Below, piece after piece: positions 14,793 through 29,799 of a stretch of 64,000 bases of DNA. The notes under the pieces are model-generated. The model had not been told where the DNA came from and did no database searches. It saw nothing but the letters and a program-made list of their open reading frames with translations. Positions within the stretch are counted from its first letter, which is position 1. Every line of letters starts with the position of its first letter. The position numbers were made by a program, and so were the translations under genes. This DNA comes from Phoronis australis. Lineage: Eukaryota > Animalia > Phoronida. The stretch lies in the NCBI GenBank assembly GCA_002633005.1, contig NMRA01000015.1:1471439-1535438 (forward strand). The letters are read 5' to 3'.

Positions 14793-17700
14793 TGGTCAAA
14801 CACAGAAATCCAATCAGACTTGGCAGTGGGCATCCTGTCCATAAACTCATGAGTGTATAGATATAGATATAGATATGCATACAATACATATACATTATAT
14901 AAATCTTGAACCAGTATGGAAACATAGAAACTTAGAAATATACGTGCTGTGAATAACGCGCTTACACGAAAGTCACCCATTTCTAAAGATATGCGTGACT
15001 TTTCACACTCATCCTTCTGAGCAGCTTTTACCATGATCACAGAGAGCGTAGCGCCAGAGTTGGACTCAGTTACGATGACCGCATTGTCCGGTGCAAGCAA
15101 GACCCAATTAAGTGCAATTACCCGACCATAAACTGTAGTTAACATCTCTGCCTGAACTTACTGGCAAATTTTCAAAATGCATTAACCAACAGTTTTTGTC
15201 AAACACAAATACAGCTGTATTCTGATGGAAAAAACAACCAAGTTTGGTTTTCAATTTTTAAAAATTGATAAACTGAAGCTAAAAACTACAAACATTGGGT
15301 ACGATTGAAGATTAACGACTGTGGGTATTGATATACTCGGTGGATTTATTTTACAAACGCTGATCAGAGTTAACAATATCACGTGGATTATTCTTTTAAT
15401 ATACAACTAAGCTACACTGAAACATCTATAAACAACACACAGTGACTAAATTAGATGTCAGTAACTTTTAAAACATGGCTTATGGTCCAGGGCATGCTGA
15501 ACTAGTTTACTCGAGGAGTAACACACTAACCGGACAACTGATATCCGTGGAAATGCGTCAATTTCGATAGTTAGCTTGTAGTTGTAAAGGAAAACACCTA
15601 AGTGAACACAAGAAGATGGATATCTTTGTAGTAAAAGAGAGAGTGCAAACAGCAGATGAGGTTGGTCGGTGGGCAAGAGCTATGATTTCATTTTTATGAC
15701 TGAGGAAAAGCTAGAATATTTATGTAGTTACTGCAACAAAAATTCGTCCAGAGGTTCCAAATCCTCAGTTTGGCTATCACTATATTTGCACTTTTGTATA
15801 TATTTTATGATTTGAGTTCCAATAAAGATTGAACTTGAACTAATGATGTGTGTAGTTTTGTTTGCTGTGACATGTTTGGTGTAGCTGTAATCTGGAAAAG
15901 TCAGGGATGGGTTCACAACTGACTTCTAAGTTGTTTTGATACTGCATTTAAAAACAGAATGAAAAGATAGCAACCTTAACTGGTAATAAAAAAACAAGTA
16001 GGCAGGAGTATTAAAAATAAAGTAATGAAAAAAGGTATGAAACATATTTAAAACCAACGTTCAGTTGGGATCAAAGTAGTCCTTTGTCAAGATCAACACA
16101 AATTAAATTTTTAGTCTTTTTGTAATACTTAAAATGTTCCAAGTTAAAATTACTCTCCACATTGCAGGCTTTAACTCTGTGCAAATGCCAGAGAAATGGG
16201 TGTAATAACAATCACCATTGTTAAGAAACTAGTGCTAGCTATTACCTTCCACTTCATTAGCTTAGATCTACATCAACACAAAGGGCGTGCTGAAAATGGT
16301 AAAAGTTGTCTGGGGCTTAGGGAACCAGAGACCACTGAAAGCCAGAAATTCTCCACATGAAAACTAAAAAATAGGACCAGAAATATGACAAAATGAAATC
16401 CCACTGCAACGTAGACACATTTTCATCAACATTAAACGTCATACGTCATATCCATTAATAAACATTGAAATTTTGGAATCTATTTACTAAGAAACACAAC
16501 TTCTCCCCATTTAAATACACAAAGATTGAATTGACCAATGCTGCTACATTGTCTTTGTACTTTTCACCTTCTATCAAGAACTTTCTTTTATAAATGGCAG
16601 GTAACTGATCGTTTTTTAATATTTTGTTCTTCGGGAGAATCCGCGATGACGACAAACCAAGGTTGTGTAGCAATCATGGACAAAGATAGAGACAGAAATA
16701 ACCTAAAGGACAACTCTCTAGAAAGACTTGTTGTGTAAAAGCAAGATTAAGTCGCCAGTATGTGGGTTTGTGGTGATTTTTAAGCATTCTTGAAACGTGA
16801 ATATGCAAGCGCACTCTGCGCTGCCTAGCGTACCAATACCATGAGATCGCGATTGCTTGTTTTGAAATTTAATTATTTAGGTGGTCATAATCTGAGAGAA
16901 TACCATATTCATCCCCTTCCCCATAGAAAGAAGTTCGTTGTATCACCTGGCATGTTCACTAGCCAATGACATAAGCAAGTCTCACTCTTTGCCAAAGTCA
17001 CAACATCACATACAAACAGGTCACCTAGAAAAGCTATCTATAGGCATAAGGAATGAAAGCCATCGATTGAGACAATTCATTATTTTGCACTAATCAATAA
17101 TACCATTTGAACAATACTAGGTAAACTTTTTTCTTCAATTAATAACTACAAATTCCCAATTGATCGGTCTGCATATCAACGCCAAATTGATTTTCTCACT
17201 ACAGTGGTGTATATTAGATCAACAGAGAGCGCCACACATGTTGATCTCAATTGACATATCAAAAACCAATCAGAGGTAGGCAACTGCATGGAGTTTTACA
17301 CATTTTGTTAAGATCAGTGATAACAGTAAGATATCACAATGTCAGATCCAAATGTTAATGATTTAATTAAAGTCACGCAGGTATTTATGCCTGGAACAAT
17401 GACTTACATGATATTATGTAGGTGGTGTAGTGATAACAAGGAGAGCCAATTACCAGAAAGTAATACAGCTAGGTTAAGATGACTAATGCATTATCCTGTT
17501 AACTATAAGTGGATATATAATGACAATTCCTGAATATAAGTTGTTGTTTTTTACCAGGAGCAACATTCACGGCACTTTGCCCAACAAAAGGGTGCTTTTT
17601 TGCCAAGTGATTCACAACACGGAGGTTCGTTTTCAGAGTTAGAACTATATTTGCTGGGAAAAACCCAAGAGAGTAGTTATGTAATACCGTAATTTCAGAG

Positions 17701-17825
17701 TGAGTGATGTTCACTGAAGAAACTCTCCCCAATGGCTTCTTTTTGTGTCCACCCACTCAGTAAAAGGATAGGTGTATTAATTTCCCAGCTGCCCACCCCC
17801 ATCAAAAAACAGTGGAATACCCCTA

Positions 17826-17990
17826 GGGGAGTGTAGCTCAGTGGTTTCAGCTCTGGACTCCCATTTGGGAGAGTCAGGTTCGAATCCTGGCTTTACTGGC
17901 AGACAATGGAGCATTGCACAAGTGTCTCCTACTCTTCTGAGCTCAGTCTCACTAGTGAGTGAATGAATGTTTGCAAGGGAATGAATGAGA
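17826..17990 (+). mobile_element. tRNA-derived SINE (tRNA-Gly-like head)
   Basis: Pol III A box GTAGCTCAGTGGT (~17833), anticodon-like CTCCCAT, B box GGTTCGAATCC (17877-17887); the acceptor stem does not close. The body AGTGAATG...TGCAAGGGAATGAATGAGA recurs at ~47186-47213. Confidence 0.7.
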
Positions 17991-18642
17991 ACCACTTCGG
18001 AGTACTCGACTTTGAGTGAGAAATGTAACAAAAGGAAAAAACAAAAAGGGGAAGTGAAAAGAAGGAAAAAGGATTTCCTTAATTCGGAATTCCGAATACC
18101 TGCAGAAAGGTTTCTAGAGAAAGGCATTTACTCGCGACAGAAGTGGTACAATTTCAAATACTATTAGTTTCCATTTTTACTTGATAAGTAGATTTGTTTC
18201 TTTCAAAACTTGGACATGATCAAAAATTGTTTTGTGAAATTATGACTTTTAACTTCACATGGAGACTTTTCCATGTATATATGCACTGTTACTTTAACCT
18301 AATAAAGACAGATACTTAGACAAGAGCTGAATAAGATTAGTATCAGCATTTATATAGCAGTTACTATACAACTACTACTATTGAGCTAAATGGTTATTAG
18401 GCATCCAATTGGTCTTGTGGTTATTTATAGATGACAATGAATCCAGTTCAGTGATGGACATCTTTGATGCTTCTTTGAATTTCAGTCATTTCCAGTGATA
18501 CAGCCAATAACAGAGTCATTAGTCATAGGCTACTGTTTACTGTCTTGAGTTGTGATTGAGAAGCTGGCTGACAACAACTGCACAGGATTTTGATAACAAC
18601 AGTAATAGAAAGCATCTTAGGCTCAACAGGCCAGACCAGAGG

Positions 18643-19325
18643 TTAGGTTATGTGGTATCCTAAAAAAATGTCTAAATTTGGCTATGTTAATCTCCTTATT
18701 TCGCACAAAAACTATTGGCAAAATGCATTTGCACATTTCAATGGATGATTACTTATGAGTTGTGATAGGCTAAAATGGATTTGGTCTCTACTTTTGCGGA
18801 GAAATTTTACAAACTAGAGATTCACTTGCAGATATTACGTGCAACTCATAAAATGATTGACCAGATTCAAATCAAAATTTTCAGACAATATGCTTTATAT
18901 AGCCTACAGTTCTCCAAAAGGCTTTCAGGAATTGTGTTTAAAATGTTCCACTTTTGCATGAGAAGCAACAAAAAATAAGAAACGTGATCAGTACGAAAAA
19001 ACACTCAAGTTGCACAAAATGAAAACGAAACAGCGCATTAGAAAACTATGACAGGGTCTTTGTGATTTCATCTTGTGCATCTATTTTAAATGAAGTTTGG
19101 TCGTGTTCTTAATACCGCAGCTAAGTTTGTTTTTTGCTAAATTTTATAAAGAGACATGCCCAGGTGACCCAATCTATGACAAATTTGAAATAAATTTAAA
19201 AATCACATAGTCTAGGCTTAGTACTTTCAGAAAATATAAACTTTTACAGACTTCACTTAGTTTATAGTTTTGTAGATATCAGACTAAATTCATAGAATAG
19301 TTGATAAAATCCTACATAACCTTAA
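18643..19325. mobile_element. Degenerate TTAA-type non-autonomous DNA transposon
   Basis: TTAGGTTATGTGG at the left end versus CCTACATAACCTTAA at the right end; AT-rich interior. Confidence 0.4.
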
Positions 19326-22013
19326 ATAGAGATTATGAAATAAATTAGAGACTGAAGCTTATATGGTCAAAAGAGGTAAAATGCTCAATACCTAGTGAAT
19401 ACTAGCCTAGTAAAAACTGAGTGTTAAAATGAGAATCCACAGAAAAACAACACATAGCATTTCAGATGAACATAGCACAAATACTACACAAAACAAGATT
19501 TTAAATGAATGAGTATTTGATTGAGATGTCAAGGGTTTTGGAAACTTTGAAGCTTGTCTGCATATTCAGTGTTTTTCACAATTGAACACGCAAATGAGGT
19601 GTCGGAAACGTGCAAACGTCAACAAACACGCTTCCAGCGGCTGTTGACATTTTCTGTAGTGCAAAACTACATAGAGTTACATGTACTACTTAAGTGCTAG
19701 CTCTATTACCTGAAATGTACTTAAACAGTCATGCACAGCAACACAAAAAACAAAGCTTTTCAGCTTTTTATATTTAAAAACTGACAACTTGTTAACAAAG
19801 GATTACAAGTTTTTATTTACTAACACAGTGTCTAACAATGTTCTCCACACCTGAAAACCAAATGTGTGGAGAAACACATTCAAAAGTGTTGGTTACCACT
19901 CAAACATGTCGCAATGGCTGACAAATATGTAGGCAGAGTCCTGAAACTGAGACATCTCACCTTTAGGTGTAACTCTCCTTTCGCACGAAACATAATTGGT
20001 AAACTTGTATTTTACTTTTTTCAAAGATGTCTACATTATTCAGGGATATTCCTGACCAGGTAAGAACCTGTGTCTTTTGGGCGCAGCTGATGATAAAAAG
20101 TGTCTTTTTTTAAAAAAGTTGTGCCCCAGAGATGCTTAGTATAATTAAAGTGGTAACATACGAAACAAACCCCAAGGGCAATCGAAATAAGAATAGAATC
20201 ATATTCATGTAAAAGTTGCGTTTTTATTTCTGGTAATTTCCGATCAAATATTAGAAAACTTAAACAGCCTGCTAACTTGGTCTCATTTTAATGAAACCTG
20301 CGACCTATATATTACCCGACTGACAGTAAGTCGACTAAAATCTTGCATTTGTGGAAGAGTTTTGCATTTTAAAAGATGCACCCGGAGGCGCACTGCTGCA
20401 ATGCACTTGTGCCTTATTTTTTATGCCCTAACAGTGCAAAAGCGCTGTCCAGGAATATCATTGATTATTAGAATGTTTCAAAATTTACTGAAATTTCATT
20501 TTATGATGTACATTGCATGAGGACAAATTTTTCTTGACATTTATTTTTCTTGATAAGCCTGACAAATTACAACAGTCCTCTTGTGCTTCTTGTTATATTG
20601 AAGGTTACCGTTTACCAGTTATCATATGCTCAAAACATCAGATCTCAGGTCATTTGTGCGACATTAGTTTGCTTTTTTTTTAACGCGTTGCTAACTGCAT
20701 TTACACTGGAATCCCAACCAGATTGTTTCACCAGGCAAGAAAGTTTTACCCTTGTCAGTATCAACCTAGAAATGTCTGATTACTATTCATTGGCACAAAC
20801 TGAGTTAATCGAGCAGTACAAACTGAGTTGTCATGGACACTTTCACGGTCTTTACTGCTTTTGCATAGTAGGCATGCAGAACACAAGGATATGGTAATGG
20901 ACTGCGAGTTTAGAGGCACCAGTAGAGAACAATAGGGGTAACATATGTAAATACAGCACTGATTTATGTCACGGATGTAATGAGGTTTACCCAGTTTTCA
21001 CTGTTTGACAAAAGTTATAAAGCAGCAAATGCGGCAAAAACAAGGGGACCAACATATGGACATTGGTGACTAAATATTCAATAGATTGGAAAAGGGGTAG
21101 ATAGGTTATGAGCACCTTAATTCAGTTGAATGGGAAAATTGACCACTTCCACAAGGACATCTGTTCTGCAATGAATACATTAAACAGATGATTCAGTCAT
21201 GTACAGTCACTTCTAAACAACATGGAAAGGCTTTCCTCAGCTGTCAGGTTGCCTATACTACTCTTGCAAGCTCACATTACACTGCATTAGGCTCCATAGG
21301 GACAATGGTAGAGACTTGCATAAACCTAATGGCACCCTCACCCATCCATTATACCTTCAAGTTGAACTTGCTTCCAGGTATTGGCATAAAAGGGTACTTT
21401 ACAGTACCTGGAAGTACCGTATTAATTAAATTAGCATCCCAACTGTGTTTAATACATGTGTTCACATGCATGCAGTGAATGAGATATACTGTAAGATAAT
21501 AGAAATGTGCTGGCTGAATAAAGCTAAGATCTAATAGTAGATAAGATTTCCCTATGGCCAGAAGACATCAATAACACAAGCTATTAACATGTCAAATATT
21601 TACACACTTGATGTTAATAATTCAATGATATATAAACAAACCAGACTACAGAATATATAGACAACAGTGGCATCCAACTTCACTAAATGTAACACTGAGC
21701 ACTTAGCAGGAAAAATAACAGGGCTCTTGTTTATACAAATAACAGACGGAAGGAGACGTCATAATTCAAGCTGAGATTAGTGAGAAAATACCAGGCAGGT
21801 TAAAAGAGTGTTAAACTTGACTAAGAGCTCATAAACAGGTAACTCCTGGGATAACGAAGTGCAATAAAACGCGAGTGAAAGTCAGCAATCAATACCTGGC
21901 CAGGTAAGAACGAGACCAGACGGTAAAAACAATCAATAAATTCCCAATAAATGCACAGCATAAAAACATCAAGTTGAACAGTAAAGTGTGTTTGAAAGTA
22001 TCCACTGCCTTAC

Positions 22014-22070
22014 CTTGATAGTCTCTTCCACACTGTGTGGTGATCTGGTCTTCTTGGTAGGCTTCGACAT
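22014..22070 (-). CDS. Candidate alternative first coding exon of an unidentified - strand gene (MSKPTKKTRSPHSVEETIK, phase 0)
   Basis: ATG at 22070 in a good context (GTCATGT), 19 open codons ending exactly at a strong donor AAG|GTAAGG. Downstream exons were not found in the window. Confidence 0.45.
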
Positions 22071-25000
22071 GACTGAAACATGAATTGAGCCGATTGAGTG
22101 ACTGTCACTCACTCTCACACGTATGTGTCAACACTGAAGGAATATCAATATATGCTTGTCTATGCTTTACATAGGCTTTCTACAATTAGGCCAGTCTAAT
22201 TACCAATAGCTGACAATAGTATTGGCTGGCTCATAGCACTGACCACAGCCACTCAGTTACCATGAGTACACAAGTTATAATTTGATAAGTTGACCAAGCA
22301 AGCAAAACAGATTTTATAAATCATATTTGGCTACAACACCACGACATCTGTGAGTATTTCAAAGTTTGGATGAGTGCCAATTCAGACATTTGCACAAAAA
22401 AACATGACAACTGCAGCTCGTTATACCAATTTTCAAAAGCAATATTTTGGAAGACAATAAATATTGAAAATCAGATGAATAGCTAACAGTAAAACTCGAC
22501 TATAAACATACCACAGTAAATTAAAATACAGTAAGCAAATGACTCAAACAGCTGGCTTCATTACTGTGTATCCATCTTGTCTCTTGAGTGAACACACAAA
22601 TCATTCCAATCACCACAGCCTTCAGTCAGTGTGTCAACCACACCATACTGCCACAGGAATTATTTTCCCATCCTCATACAATTTACTCAATACTTCATGG
22701 GCAATATGATGAAATGACTTGTATCTGGTGAAATGACTTGTATCTTCATTCGATATACAGCAAGTCAGTACGCACACCACAGTACCAGTAAATGTCAATT
22801 GCAAAAGAGCAGACAAATGCTATTTTCGATCATTTTAAGTTACACTTTAACTGTGATTATCTGATTAAATTTCATTTTTTCCAAATGATCGTAACTCAAA
22901 CCATCTGCCAGAAATCCTTAAGAGATACGTTTTTCATAGGGCATGAGTAATGCCTCACAGTGGATCACTTTCAACCATTTAACACCTCTGGGTGCTTGAA
23001 AATAAATGAGTTGAAGATTTGAAAGGAAAAATTAAGGAATTACACAACGCAGGCATCCACTAAATATTTACAACCATAAGCTACATGCCATCAGACATTC
23101 ATTACATATTTACTACGATACGCGGCATACCTCGTTTAAACATGTTACCTGAAGTAAAATCTCACCAACTTCTGACATTGCCAAAGATTGATCTTTTAAA
23201 TATTCTAAATACTTCTACAAGTTGTTTTGAATTTCCTAAATTTCTGAAAACATTTCGTCTCTTAATGGTAGCTATGGTATGGCACCCAGAATTGGTGAAG
23301 CACTTATCTGGTGATACTTCTGTGAAAAAAATGGAAAAATAAAATTTCACTAGCTCCTCACATTATATGCTAAATTGAGTGAGGTTTTACTGCAACACGC
23401 AGAACATCCAATCTATCACTGTGCACACCTTGACTCACCTGTATGTACTGCAGCACTGAGTCAGCTTCTTGGGTTCCTATTACCAAACAATGTATTTATA
23501 CTGTGCAGCCATTTAACCCGTGACTATCCTCGTTAAACAAGCCGAGTTCCTTGGTAGCTGCAGGTGATCTGGCTAATATTTATCCGTCCTAATTGGATGT
23601 AAAGTCCAACAAACAGCACACCTGATCGTGGCTCACTACGATCAAGCATCAACCCAAGACTTCAGGCGTCTTGACTAATCTTTAGTCTGTAATGAGAAAT
23701 TAACTATTCATAAACAATTAGCTGTCCAGAGGGAGGATGGGACAAGACAGGCAATCAATACCATACTACAGTCACAGCTTGGATGCAGTTAGACTACACA
23801 CCACAAGCAGAAAGGTTGGAATGAGATACTTAGGGCTCTAATCAAAGAGATGAGCAGGGGATGATTACAGGCTTCAGCTCCTCAATGTTAAATATTGCTA
23901 ATGCTTAAACCATGACCGGATAATCCGCACGTGAATCTCAATCACAAATTGATGGCTATAAAATAACACAGTAAAATGTTAGCTGCTGACAATCACAGTC
24001 AAGATAAATAAAAACATACCTTACCAGATATTAGTCAAACTTTTCACAGCATTTTTTCAACACTAGTCTAAGAGGAAGTATTTCACGTGTGCAGATTCAC
24101 ACGCGCACAAGAAACAATAAATGCAAGGGATGGAACAAGTGTTAAAATATTGATTAAATCGCTAGATGACTCTTTTTGTAACTCTCACCTGACGTCACTC
24201 ACAATGCCAGTCTTGCATTATAAAGCTGAGGCACACAATACTACTAGAGAAATACATTTACCACTAAATGACTCAATTCTTCACCCATTTCATAATACCG
24301 CATCAACTGGTGGAGTATGAGAGACAAATTAAGCATCTATGCCTATAACACAAACAGTAATACAATAAGTGCTGTGTTTTCACACCTGGCATATAGATCA
24401 CTTGAATGTTTTGACTGCAGTTAGAAGTTGGTAAAAATTAGCAGAGAACTTGATAGGTTAAACAGAACCTACAGAGTAAATTACACTACCACAAGACATT
24501 GCCCCCGCCGTAGAAATGGAGATCTCTCTAAAGTGTAAAGTAGCACGGGAATAGGATTACTCTAATAGAGTACCGTCTATACAACAAAATTCAACCTCAA
24601 TGGCTTGTCTCGCCACCAGCTTCGTGCATGTATATTGCTTTTGTTTTCTTAATACATGCGAAATTAACTACATACCTTTTAACATATTTTGAGATAATGG
24701 ACCCTTCCTTCACTTCCTGGATTTTAGATAATACACTGGTGTAGTATAAAATTTCACTAATTTTTGGTCATGATATGGCAGACAGGCAAAATTTTATTTT
24801 CTCATTTTTTTCATAAATGATACAGTACACCACCTGAATGAGGCTTTATCATATCCAAGTGATGTACCATAGCTACCAACAGACGACGATTTGAAACTTT
24901 GTCAGCAATTACAACAATGTTGGAGGCTCTTGAAACATGAAAAGTTTTAGTTTGAAATTTGTGAGAACTTGCTGTAATAAAACTCTCACTGATGAAACAC

Positions 25001-25930
25001 AGTAGCCTATATCTCTATTTTTATACACATCAGAGACCTGAACCCAGCACCTATGTTGGCCCAACATTTAATAATCTCATGTCATCTGACTACACACCAC
25101 AACCAAAACATTCCAATAAGAAATCAAATTTTGACATTGGACCTTTCATCAAAGAAAACAGCTGGGCATTAACCACCAAATGTTCCCCAGTCAGCACACA
25201 CATCAAGTATCTCATGAAATAATCCATGGCAAGATTGTATATACAAAGACTGGCTAGCATAAACATGCAAGTTTACACAACATACCATATGCTCCTTTCT
25301 CTACAAAATGCAACCATTCACACTCTGCCAGAACCAGCAAGACACTAATCCCTTCCTCAGCCTTGTTTATGCTAATCCTCTCCTGGACTATTAAAGCTAT
25401 CCTTCTTAGGTTATGTAATACCTATAGACTACATCCAGTGAATATTGTACAACCATAATGGTCAGGAACCAGTGTGTTACAATAGAGCAATAATGACTTG
25501 TTTGGCTGACAACACATGCAATTGTATAAGCTAACACCACAATACATATAATCAGTCTGATGGCCATCACAGGCACTATTCAACAGCCATTAGTATAATT
25601 AAAAAGAAATACCCTTTCACAAACAGTGACAAATGGGACATCAGATCTGCAAAGGTTACACTTCCATGTTGAAAGCCAGTGAAACACATCAAGGTCTAAT
25701 TATTTTTATTACAGATTGAGAGCAGTTTCATATATCAAGCAAACTTGCATCTGTGTTTAGTCAAGCTGCCGTATTAATTTCGTCAAAACACGATCAGAAA
25801 AACTGTAACACTTTCGCATAGACTGAACCATGCAGCTTGGGTTGCAACAAACACTAAGAGCCAGATAGTTTACATTATACAAGATCAGAGAATTCCTCAC
25901 ATTTCTTATAGTTGGCTTGTAACTAAAAAA

Positions 25931-26222
25931 ATGATTTTCCAAAGTATACCAAGTGCTGCAGGTGTTAATTGAACTTTAGGAAAGCTTGTATGTTAATCAC
26001 TTATTGTTTTTAACTGAACCTGAAACTTTCTAGGTTTTGACACTCTAATGGTTCTACAGAACATTAAAAATGACATGATTTTCCAAAGTCTACCAAGTGC
26101 TGCAGGTGTTTATTGAACATAAACTTTAAGAAAGCTTGTATGTTACTCACTTATTGTTTTAACTGAACCTGAAACTTTCTAGGTTTTGACACTCTAATGG
26201 TTCTACAGAACATTAAAAATGA
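25931..26222. repeat. ~145-bp tandem duplication (2 copies, a few substitutions/indels)
   Basis: ATGATTTTCCAAAGT...GAACATTAAAAATGA at 25931-26073 and ~26076-26222. Confidence 0.9.
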
Positions 26223-29200
26223 AAATGAAAATGATACTCAAACACTATACTACCCACACTCATACATATATTGGTACTCTTACCTGTACATGTAGAAGCA
26301 GGTGAAAACACCACTCACATTTGACACCCTTCCAGCCTCACAAATAAGGCTTCACCAAGTGAGGACATATTCATGCATCGCGTCCAGCACACTCTGCAAA
26401 CTAGTGTTGCTTTTCACTTTTCACTCGGTTTTTTGTGAGGACTATGGTATGGTACATATCACGCACGCACGCACAATATTTTGAGATCAAGGCAATTTTT
26501 GTCAAATACTGCCCCACATAATATCATCTAGAGTTCTCCCTTCATATTTTAAACATGGTGCAGCACCATGTTTAAAATGTTTTACACCGTGTTTGGAAAT
26601 CTTGAGTTATGTTTTAAAAGCTCTGAATGGCATCCAATCTTAAGCAATGTTGGTAATTTTTCCATTATTTTGCAGTGGAAATGATATTGATATGCCCAAC
26701 AACTGAAAATAATGTGTAACTAGTTGTTGTTTTTCTGAGAAACTAATTGTTACTTTCTTGAAAACAGAAAGGAAATTAGGATATATAAACATGATTCAGA
26801 ATTTGTACCATGTTTGACTTTTTGCTGTCATCATAAATCACAAAATTGTCTTAAATGCTCACATTCTACTGACATGACATCATAACTATGGTAGTCCAGC
26901 ACCATTTACCTGTTCTTTACTACTATAAAGATGTCAAACAGGCTTTGTTAGATTAAATGTGAAGATTGATTCACAGTTGGACAGCCAGAATGACACAATC
27001 AATGGCAAACAAACTGGCATAAAACAACAACTGAATTTTATTGAAACTCATTATTGGTTTGAACTGAATTCCCACCAGTATCTCCTAAAATACTGAAACA
27101 TTAACACAATAAAACACATGACATGTGCTACTTAACACTATGAATATAAATATAAACAGACACTTATAAATAACAATATACTCCTTTAGATCTATACAAC
27201 TTACCCAACTATCATGACATCACTATCACACTGGACCAGTTATAACACAATACCCCCTTGTTGGCCATATCAGGGGCATGAAATTCTTGAAACAGCCACC
27301 ATTCTTCATTTCAGCTCAGCTTCCTAGCTGTAATGTATTTGGAGAAGAGAACAGATCAAATGAATCCATACAGCTCAACAAAGCTGTGATTTGATTTCTC
27401 ACAAAGGCTCAAAGCAAGGGTTCAAGGGAGTGTAATATTAGAAAAAAAAATGTGATTTATGATTGTCATACATAAATCAATTTCCGAAATCAATGAGCTA
27501 CAATGGCTTTCTTGTGATACGAAAGGAACAATGACAGTACAATATTGAAGAAGAGAGGATATAAGAAACAAAGATTTTATTCATTATACAAACAATACTA
27601 TCAACACACTAAAAGCTATGTGTTGACATTGGTGGTATAACAACAGTCAAATGACAGGTGGCTTGTATAAAAACATTACACAGCAGACATGTGTTAGAGG
27701 TCATTACCCAACCATAATCATATAATGGCCAGTTACAGTCTGGCTTTGTTTCCAGTCTTCAAAGCTTTAAAGAACATATGCTGACAAGTAAAATCTCAAA
27801 TCATAGAAAGTTTTGTCAAAACATGAAATCTAACCAGAATGGTTTATGAAAATTCACCATTCATGAATAATTAATTTTGGAGTACTTGGGATGAAGAGGT
27901 CTTAAGACGCCAAACAAGTGACAGGAAAATGAGATTATCAACTAAAATATTCATCCCTTGTGTGCACTAATTGAATTAACATAAATTACACTTCCTGAAC
28001 TATTCTCAAAGGAGTCTTTCAAAAATTTAGAATCAGTTGACAGGTAACAGAAATGTTATTGTATGTACATTAGCTTTAACACAAAGGTAAAGTCTGGTAG
28101 AATAAATTTATTTTTGAGGCATTACATATTTGGACATATGGCACATTGATAGCCTCAGGCAAGGAATTACAGGGATAGGAAATTAACAAAAGACAAGAAA
28201 TGTACTCAATAGAATTTGAACAAAAGCTGTGTAGGAGGTTACTTTCTAATCTTATTGACAGTGAGAGTACAACATAATTACTTTTAAGAGGATGACTTGA
28301 ATTATAAACCATAAGTTTAACAATTGCAATTGCAACAACATGGGCAAACATAGACCATAAAGTTTTACGGAGATCATGCAACTGAATTATAAGAAAATTA
28401 TATTCAAATGTGTTCAAAGTCCTAATGTAAAAAAGCACAGCACTCTCCACCATAAATGGATCTCATCCTGTTCCTTTCTCAGATTAGGACTGAGTTGAGG
28501 TGTTGGCAGAAGAAAGTATAACAAGACGTTATTTTATTAGCCGAACTGTCACTTGCATTGAAATGATGTGGTTCCGTGACCAAACACTAGATGAAGTTTT
28601 TACTATTTAAGTTTTACTCAGCTTCCCAACTAGGTTAATTTGCCAGATAAGTCTGGATGTTGACTGTAAGGCAACTTGCCCTCAACCTTAGCAATGTAGC
28701 CATATCAGTCACCACTGTATTGCCACCAAATGTATGTGTACCCACAACTGATCAACCCAACTAAACTGTTTTTTGATGTAACGTTAAATAAGAATACAGA
28801 TCTATGGTTATGTAGTTCTGAAGATGCAATTTTCCGTATTAATTATTGTTCCAGTCAACCCCAGGGGTGTATTTAGTACTATCCAAGGAACAATAGCATA
28901 TCTGATCCACAACAGGCTGAAGAAGTGTTGACTTGAGGCTTCTGGGTTTGAAGTGCAATCACAGGCTTCTCTAAATCACTCACTAAGGGGCAATTGCTCT
29001 TTGGCTGATTGGTTGGACACTCGGCACAGCAGCAGCAAACCAATACTCAGCTCTGCTTATGACCAGTCTACGAACTGCTTCAGAGCAAAGACGGCTAAGT
29101 GACCGGCCTGGGGTGGCGCGCACCACTCTTATGTCAAATAAAGGCCAATTTAAATTGCTAGCAAATAGACAACTGATCTTTGACGATTTGGCTGGGTTTC

Positions 29201-29297
29201 GTGAAATATTGGAAGATAGACGCATGCTAGGCAATGGCGATGCAAATATACATATTTAGTAATGATTAACATATATCATGACTCCGCGACAATTTAG

Positions 29298-29799
29298 CAG
29301 GGCTTGGAATGACCAATGACAAAAAACGCGGAAACTTTTACGGCCCAAATCATGCCCGATAACAAGCCTTGAAATGGTCAATGTGAACCTTTCCCCGACA
29401 AAAATCGGGAGGACTATAAAAAAAAAAACGTTACTACCATCAGTAGCATGCGTCTGCGTCCTTTTAGCTCGCCCGTCCACTCCCAACCTACACATTTTTG
29501 GCTGCAGAGCGGTGGTATTTGTCGCCGCGCTTAACAATATCACGAGACGCCATTGAAAATTCCACCACGCTGTCCCAGATGCCCGGGCAATGTTGACAAT
29601 TTACGTTCCTCCGAAACATAAAGAGCAACTTCCGCTTTTCGAGGTGAACGTCGTCTGCAACGCCGCGGTAAGAAAGGAATTTGCCGCGGAAATTTTATAT
29701 CAAATCCGATTTTTTTTACGCGGAAATATTATAAAAAAAGCGGAAAGCACATTTGAAAAAAGCGGAAATCCGCGTTTCCGCGGAAAATTCCAAGCCCTG
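29298..29799. mobile_element. Non-autonomous DNA transposon, hAT-like CAGGG termini, 13-bp TIR, 6-bp TSD
   Basis: CAGGGCTTGGAAT ... ATTCCAAGCCCTG; ATTTAG flanks both ends (29292-29297, 29800-29805); repeated subterminal GCGGAAA motifs; CpG-rich. Confidence 0.85.

Noticed and set aside
14642-15145. 167-aa - strand ORF
   Set aside because: Crosses an (ATAGAT)n simple repeat and a SINE head; no recognisable domain.
17826-17897. Functional tRNA-Gly gene
   Set aside because: Acceptor and anticodon stems do not pair properly, and the sequence runs on into a dispersed repeat body.
28983-29259. Overlapping 83-aa (-) and 66-aa (+) ORFs
   Set aside because: No recognisable homology and no consistent splice partner; left unassigned.
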